From Trichoplax adhaerens (lineage: Eukaryota; Animalia; Placozoa): a stretch of 64,000 nt of DNA. Position 1 is the stretch's first letter; each line of letters starts with the position of its first letter. Location: positions 2,105,836-2,169,835 of the forward strand of contig NW_002060949.1 of assembly GCF_000150275.1 (NCBI RefSeq), written 5' to 3'. This document shows positions 57,207-64,000 of this stretch, one piece after another. The notes below the pieces were generated by a model that was not told the origin of the DNA, made no database searches, and saw only the letters and a program-made list of their open reading frames with translations. A program made the position numbers and the translations under genes.

Positions 57207-60200
57207 TTAATGTTGAGTGAAATTAATGTTTGCTACGTTTGCTACAGTAAGCAATTTGTTTATCGGGGTGTGATCAAACGTTCCGATATCAGTATGGAAG
57301 TATTTCAAGATATTACCTGAAAATAGTAGAAGGCAGGAAAGTAAATATCTACTTTTCATGATTATAGAACTTTGATAATTAATTGATTTTAAAAACAAGA
57401 GTATTCTTAAAATTATGTTCGGATAATTAGAAATAATCTTCGAATAGAAAAGAGATTTATCGTATTTCAATAAATTCATAAAGCAATACTTACCAGGTCC
57501 GACTACAAGTTGTCCACCTTGCTGCGTAACTTTACCTTGAAATCTCATCGATTTGATACCTCTCCATATCGACTTGGCTAGGCCTGATAATTCAGATGAT
57601 TTGATATGTTCTGACCCTATATCAAAGATTTTTATTTTTCAATTTTATGACCCATATCGAGTTACTCAAGGGCTACTAGCTACAAATTAATTGTTTGCTT
57701 TGCAATGTCATTACTTGGTGCTGCATGTGCAAGGGTTGTTGCCATGCCTAATTTTGAATAGATGGTCCTCTGTGGATCGCAGTACATATCATGGTTATAG
57801 CCAGTTTCCTGACGAAATTTCTAGTTATTCAAAAGAAGGGCCATAACGGATTATTTAATTTGAGCGGTTTTCCAATTACAAATATGAGTTATATTTGTAG
57901 CATAGTAGGGAAATTATTTAAGAGGACGTTATTGGCTGGTCACCTTTATAAAGTTAGGCTTTCCACACCCAATTACTATAAGTCGAACGTTGGCTTCCTA
58001 TAAAATTATTCAACAGTAATGATAGTAGCATAAATTAACCTTAAGAAAAGCGTAAGACCTCTTAGAATACTTATATACACAGCAAGATTTTAATCGAAGA
58101 ATTATATTCTAGAATGCAAGAATGAGCAATTAGTTTTTGAAAATATACTCATCAGGACTCCTTCTGCATAATATTATAACCTAAGCTTCTTGCGTTGAAT
58201 TAATCGACTATGGAATCAAAACATTCGATACTCGTACACAATGATTATATTTCCGCATAGCATTTAAGGTAGTGATAAATTTAATATTAATATGATAACT
58301 GATAGCTAGGGTATTTTATCGTTTCTTTCACTGGATATTATGGTAATTTATATTTATAAATACTGAATTTTTAACAATCTTTATCATTTACTATCTTCAT
58401 TAAATTGATTTATAGCTCACTAAGAGCATAATATACATTAGTAAATTTCTGTAGATAAAAATTTTGTGGATATATAATCTTAAGAAAATATATAGAATAT
58501 TTTGATGTGAGAGCTTGCATCATTCCACCACGAACTGAGTTATCCTGTATTGGTTTTACTAACCGCTAAAGATTCTTGCGGTATTTTGGCCAAATCTATC
58601 CATAAAGTAGAAAGAAATGAAAATAAGATTTCAATATTATGATAATTACTGCACAGCGTTTGTGAATAGTTTCGACCATTATGTACGATAATAACAATTC
58701 ATGAATATTTGATATCCATAATTCTTTAATAGTAATTAAAATACTTTGATAATGATTTTTGTACAGTAAGTACTCGATATTGATTACAGCTAATTTAAAA
58801 TTTTAACGTTGTAATGATTGCCATTTTAAAAAACAAATCAAAAGAAGTTGGATAGGAAATGCCCTGTTATTATTATATAGTATATAGGATCAAAAATTAA
58901 TTAAGAGTGAAAGAAAATGTACAATAAATTATTAGCTAGATTCACACTTTAATTCATTTAATAGCATGTACGGTGTGCGCTAACTTAGAATTGTCATAGT
59001 ATCAAAATATTACTCTAATCAATAAATTAATTTATGTCACCAACAATTTAATACATCTATATATACCCTACTACAAATAAATCTGCAACAGCATATTAAA
59101 AGAGTATGCAGTAGGTTGAATTAACTCGTCCTAATTTCGGACTATATATTCATAAGAACTTATTTACAAGGTTATTTATAGGGAGTACGGAAAGGTTAGA
59201 AAAATAATTTAGTTTAGATTCGTGCTATCTCATAGATTTACCTTCGACATATTCTTTACATACGTATCAGAGGAAATGCTTTCCACGATATTTGTGTTCA
59301 TAAAGGAGTATAAATTATAAGAATTCTATCAATTTTTAGGATAGTTAAAGAATAATAACTAAACGAAAGTTTTAAATTAGCACAGTAAGATTAATCCGCT
59401 GCTTTAAAATATATAGTGTGTCGTTAATTTACATTACTTTATAGAGTAATACTAATACTAAGAATAAGGTCATTACAGGACACTGTATTAGACATTTATG
59501 TCTAGAATGTTCTGATAAATATTGATTTGATTTTTAACGCAGCTTACGTGCTTATCATATTTTGTTCTTAAAAGATGTCATATAAGGAAAGGGATGTAGT
59601 TAGTACCGTAAAATGTGATTCTATAGTGGTATAATTATAGAAGCTATCCGAAAGTGATCAAAACCGTATTTGAAATCGCAAAGAAGTCTAACTTCTACAG
59701 TAATAATTAATGTATTGCGCATAAGCCTTGTGCTTCGGTCTTACAGTTCTAAACTAGAGATTACTATACAGATACTACTGCCAGCAGAAGTTAAACTTAA
59801 TGATAAAAATTCTTGACGGATATCATCGTCACGAAGTCAGTGGATCACGAAAGTTGATAGACGAGGAACTACAAGAAAATTAAGGCTGATACAGTATTTC
59901 CAATGCAATTTACGTTCTATCGAAAGTTAATAGTGTATCCTATAACACCCCTAATCAGGCAAATATCGATAATATTATCGGTATAGAGAATAGAATTATC
60001 TTCAAACTTGGCGTATTCTTGTCTATCGTAAATAAATAGCGTATTCTACTGTACCTAATCAAGCAAATATCGATATACAGAACAGGGTTGTCTTCAGACT
60101 TGATATATTTTTGTCAAACTAAGTGAACTGGTTATGCCTTTAAGATTATAAATTTTAATTAGTATAATTGTCTCATCTGCAAGATTTGAAGCCTCAAGTG

Positions 60201-60832
60201 TTAGACTCATTGTCTATTTGCTGAAAGTAAACATCTTATCATTTTATAACTACCCTAGTTAATAATTATGATCAGCCAATGCTACAGATTATATGCTTAT
60301 TAATGGGGTAATTATTATTTTATTTTTCGGAAATTAGTGGTGTTCGCTAGACTCTATATATGATCTACGTATAGTGTATCTTTAACGGTTTAAATCACGT
60401 CTGACGTTTATTTTAGACTAGAGAGAAGTGTAGAACCAGTTTACCAGCATCGTCACTGTCTACTTTAGTAGTAAGATACTAGATAGTGTATAATGTATGA
60501 CATAAAACAGAGTGCAAAATAGTTATTTTGGATAAAATGGTATTTCGTGTTTCCTTTCAAAATTCAATTAGAGCGTATAGATAAGCAATCGTAATTTCAT
60601 ATCTTTGTATAGGATGTCTAAAGAAAGATTAAAGCAACATTTAACTATCTTAAGAGTGTAATAAACGTACACGAACGAAAACGATGATGCTTAACTGATC
60701 CCTGTAAAGATCTCCAAATTTTAGAGTAGCACCATTTTCGTCAAACACTGGTAATCCATCAATTTTGGACCATTCGAGTTGTTTCTCGTCTGTCACCTCA
60801 GCGGAAATTTGATTGGTGTCGACTCCTGCCAT
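57207..60832 (-). CDS. PRXL2C: PRXL2C/AAED1-like (SelU family, AhpC-TSA thioredoxin fold) selenoprotein, copy 1, ~207 aa, Sec at residue 58
   Basis: Exons 60832-60671, 59278-59242 (HFL-TGA-YVCKEYVE), 58595-58564, 57997-57944, 57820-57715, 57616-57494 and 57316-57207 total 624 nt with all phases compatible. Motifs IIVFVRHFLxYVCKEYVEDLAKIP, NVRLIVIGC, YCDPQRTIYSKLGM, QQGGQLVVGPGN and DHTPINKLL match the AAED1 family. Confidence 0.92.
59950..60115. repeat. Two-copy diverged direct repeat in intron 1 of PRXL2C-like copy 1
   Basis: cctaatca.gcaaatatcgata...tcttca.acttg..tatt.ttgtc near 59950 and 60054. Confidence 0.7.
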
Positions 60833-62280
60833 TGCGGAAAGGCTGAAAATAGCCACACAATTTGATTTATTAACCTTGGGTCTACTCGTATATTGGACTG
60901 CAACTAATTAACGGATCAGTAATGCTGTCAAGTTGGTCCACTAAAGCTACACTAAACTCGTTTGGGTGCAACAAGTGGGGTGCAGGTACCTAGCCGACTA
61001 CTCGTATATTATACGTGTAGCCCCTCGCTCTCTTCGCTTTATAAAATCCTATATGCGTTCAGTATGAGGTTGACAAGGGACTACTTAAAAACCAGGAAGC
61101 TGAAATTGGCTTACCCGAATAGCTATCAATAGAACACCAACTGCGGGCATTCAGTTATTAACCTATTATGAGAATACAAGCACTAGATTATGCTCATACT
61201 AGAGGATTGTGATACAGTATACACTGTACTATATTTCAAGTTGAGAGATTTAATGCAGTATGGACAAGTACGCTGGCCGTGTGGATGGACCATTGTATTT
61301 TTTCTTGGCACTGTATAAGAGATTTTTTCGGTCCTTAATTCCTTTCATAGACACCCTTATATTGGATGATTGCTAGAGGTACTGATTTCATGCTATACAA
61401 GTAATACAACGGTTTCTTAGCATTCTTGAAAGGTTGTACGTAGTAATTATTGCATACATCTAACCAATTTACAGCTAAGCGCCTGGTTGTTAAAAAATTT
61501 ACTCGTGACGTAAATCGTAAACTTACGACGAGATCGAAGGGAATAAAGTGAAAGGTTATCACTGGCTGGTGTGACTACTGTAGGACATAATCGAGGGCAC
61601 ATACTGTAATACAGATGATGGTAGGGAGGGTTTTAAATTACCTTCAGTTAAGCAATTTGTTGTACCCATAACGGGAAGAGGTAGCGTCTTTTACCTCAAT
61701 TAATCGACTGTTAGCGAGAATGCTTAGGAGTGACCAAGGCTGATTTAAAAATTGTTGTTTTCACACATGTCCAAAAACCGGTGCAGTTGGATTCACTTTT
61801 TACCGTCTAATAACTACTTACGTTTTAATCATTCTTTATTAGGAATTAAATGTAGCGACAAGCTACTGTACTTATGCAAGCTATAATGTTTTTTTGGCTT
61901 TTATGCACACATAAAACACAATTTTATTCTTATGCGCGTATATTAGATAATCAATGCAAAGCAATTGTACTAGGATTTTTCCTGACTATATTTTAGATAT
62001 ACCACGTAGTGACGTTAATATTCTGTATATCTACATTTCAGCTAGGTCTAGAATGCTACAATTCATTTTTATCATATATTACAATGTAGAAGTATACAGG
62101 TATCAAACTTTATAAACATGGAAATTAAAACACAGAAGGGTACTTCGACTAAATATTAGCGATCTACTCTATTACTGCAAACATTAGTGTCGTAAATACT
62201 ATATATTGAACGTATATGAGATGAAAAGTTGACCAAAAGCGCGAGTCATAGTGCCCAAGAATTGATAATATAAACTACAG

Positions 62281-62345
62281 TAGTCATCGGTTATACATTT
62301 TGCCAATATCAAATGGATTTCAAATGTACAACTTCATTGGTAGTT
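62281..62345 (-). promoter_or_regulatory. Eukaryotic type-II SECIS element in the 3' UTR of PRXL2C-like copy 2
   Basis: Minus strand reads ATGA-agttgtacattt-g-AAA-tccatttgatattggc-a-aaatgtataacc-GA, the same fold and position as in copy 1. Confidence 0.9.
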
Positions 62346-62426
62346 TATCATTAACAACACATGAGCGTCCGCTTTAGGCAACAATAATCAAGTGCTGTAA
62401 GAGCAGTAAACTCAGTCTTTGATCGA

Positions 62427-63755
62427 TTAATGTTTTTTAAATTCAACATTTGCTACATCGGCCATACTGAGTAATTTGTTAATTGGGGTGTGATCAAATG
62501 TACCGCCATCAATATGGAGGTATTTCAAAACATTACCTGAAATAGTAGAAAGATCCGCATCATGAACATAGCAATTTGTCAATTTTACTCTAAGATGATA
62601 CATGATCGATACTATAGCTCACAATTAAAATTACGGTGGCATAGTTACGAACAATTGTTGAAAGAATTAATACAAATTCAACCTACCAGGTCCAACTATA
62701 AGTTGTCCACCTTGCTGCTTAACATCACCTTGAGAACTCATTGATTTCATAGTTCGCCATAACGAATTTGCTAAGCCTGATGCAACAGATGATCTGACAT
62801 GTTCTGATCCTATTGTCAAGATCAATTTCTTATTCGTCTATTTTATAACCCATATCTATGCTATTAGGCTACTTAAGGTTTACTGGCTATCAATTGATGG
62901 TTCACTTTGGTATTTTATTACCTGATGCTCCAGTAGAGAGAGTTCTTATCATGCCTAGTTTGGAATAGACGGTCGTCTGTGGATCGCTGTACATATCATG
63001 CTGATAGCCAGTTACCTTACGAAAGTTCTAGTTATTGTAGAAAAAATACGTGATAGCTTATCAAATTTGAGCCGTTCGTGAACAATTTGTACAAATTGAG
63101 TTACAGTATTACAAGAGCATAAGTTTAGAGGTGTTATTGATCAATCACCTTGATGAAAGTGTGTTTGGCACATCCAATCACAGCAAGTCGAACGTTGGCT
63201 TTCTATAGTAATGATAATATAATCTTTAGAGAAGCGAAGTTTGTTGCAATGTTCATAGGTAGCACAAGGCTTTCATTGGAACAGTAGCTCATGGTATGGA
63301 TGAGGAAGAAGCAACTGTTTTACGTTCCCCACGCTGATTAGTACACACAATACCAATTTACAAGCAATCTTTCGATCAATTGGTGGATAGTATTATCAAA
63401 AACACTTTCGATCTATTTCATGATAATCTACTTGTATCATTCATTTGTGATAAATGTGTTTGTTAGTTAACTAATGACTAGGATAGTTAATCATTTTCTC
63501 TTATGCAACACTATGATGGTTTATACTTGTAAACACTAAAGTGTTGTATTCATTTAATTATTAGAATACAGGACTCGCGTAATAGACTAGAAGCAAATTT
63601 TGTACCTATCAAATATAGAATTTCAGTCGATACATAATCGTAAGAATAAATCAAAAATATTCTAATCAAGTATTTACACTCTATTGCCAATAACTGGATT
63701 ATGCAATATTAGTTTTACTAACCGCTAAAGATTCTTGCGGTATTTTAGCCAAATC
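62427..63755 (-). CDS. PRXL2C: PRXL2C/AAED1-like copy 2 (tandem paralog); last five exons only, 5' exons lie beyond the window
   Basis: Exons ~63755-63724 (DLAKIPQESLA), 63202-63149, ~63027-62922, ~62809-62687 and ~62536-62427 (GNVLKYLHIDGGTFDHTPINKLLSMADVANVEFKKH*) have the same structure as copy 1, with no frameshift seen. Confidence 0.88.
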
Positions 63756-64000
63756 TATTAATAAAAAAGAAGAAATAAAAATGTGATTTTAAATACCAAG
63801 AGAACATTGCAGTGCATTTATGAATACAGTCTTTGCAATCACGTATAATAACTGTTATTGTTGAATACGAGTGTACTGTATATGTTTCTTCGACGACGTA
63901 AAAAATACAATGATTTCTATGCAGTCATTGTTTATCATTGATGAAAATTAATTTAAAATTTAATGCTGTAAGAATTGATATTTTTTTAAAGACAAATTAA

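Noticed and set aside
59267-59269. TGA read as a nonsense mutation (pseudogene)
   Set aside because: It aligns with the redox Cys, all other exons are intact, and a conserved SECIS lies downstream.

Overview
AT-rich, intron-containing eukaryotic (animal) DNA with short GT-AG introns. The compact gene structure and gene content suggest an early-branching metazoan such as a placozoan (inference only). Manual exon joining supports seven protein-coding genes. (1) The 3' part of a GT-A/family-2 glycosyltransferase (+). (2) An intronless synaptobrevin/VAMP (+). (3) HPF1 (-). (4) A VLDLR-like LDL-receptor family gene (-) with 8 LA repeats, one YWTD propeller, no NPxY motif and a C-terminal PDZ-type ligand. 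(5) A CDC14 phosphatase (-). (6, 7) Two tandem PRXL2C/AAED1 (SelU-family, AhpC-TSA fold) paralogs (-). The main signal missed by the ORF track is recoding. Copy 1 has a 37-nt exon with an in-frame TGA in place of the first Cys of the CxxC motif (HFL-U-YVC), and both copies carry a canonical type-II SECIS hairpin in the 3' UTR with compensatory base changes between them, so they look like a duplicated selenoprotein pair. The window also holds several unrelated local tandem arrays (105-275 bp units) and about 16 kb with no recognisable gene. No tRNA, rRNA, CRISPR array or transposase was seen.
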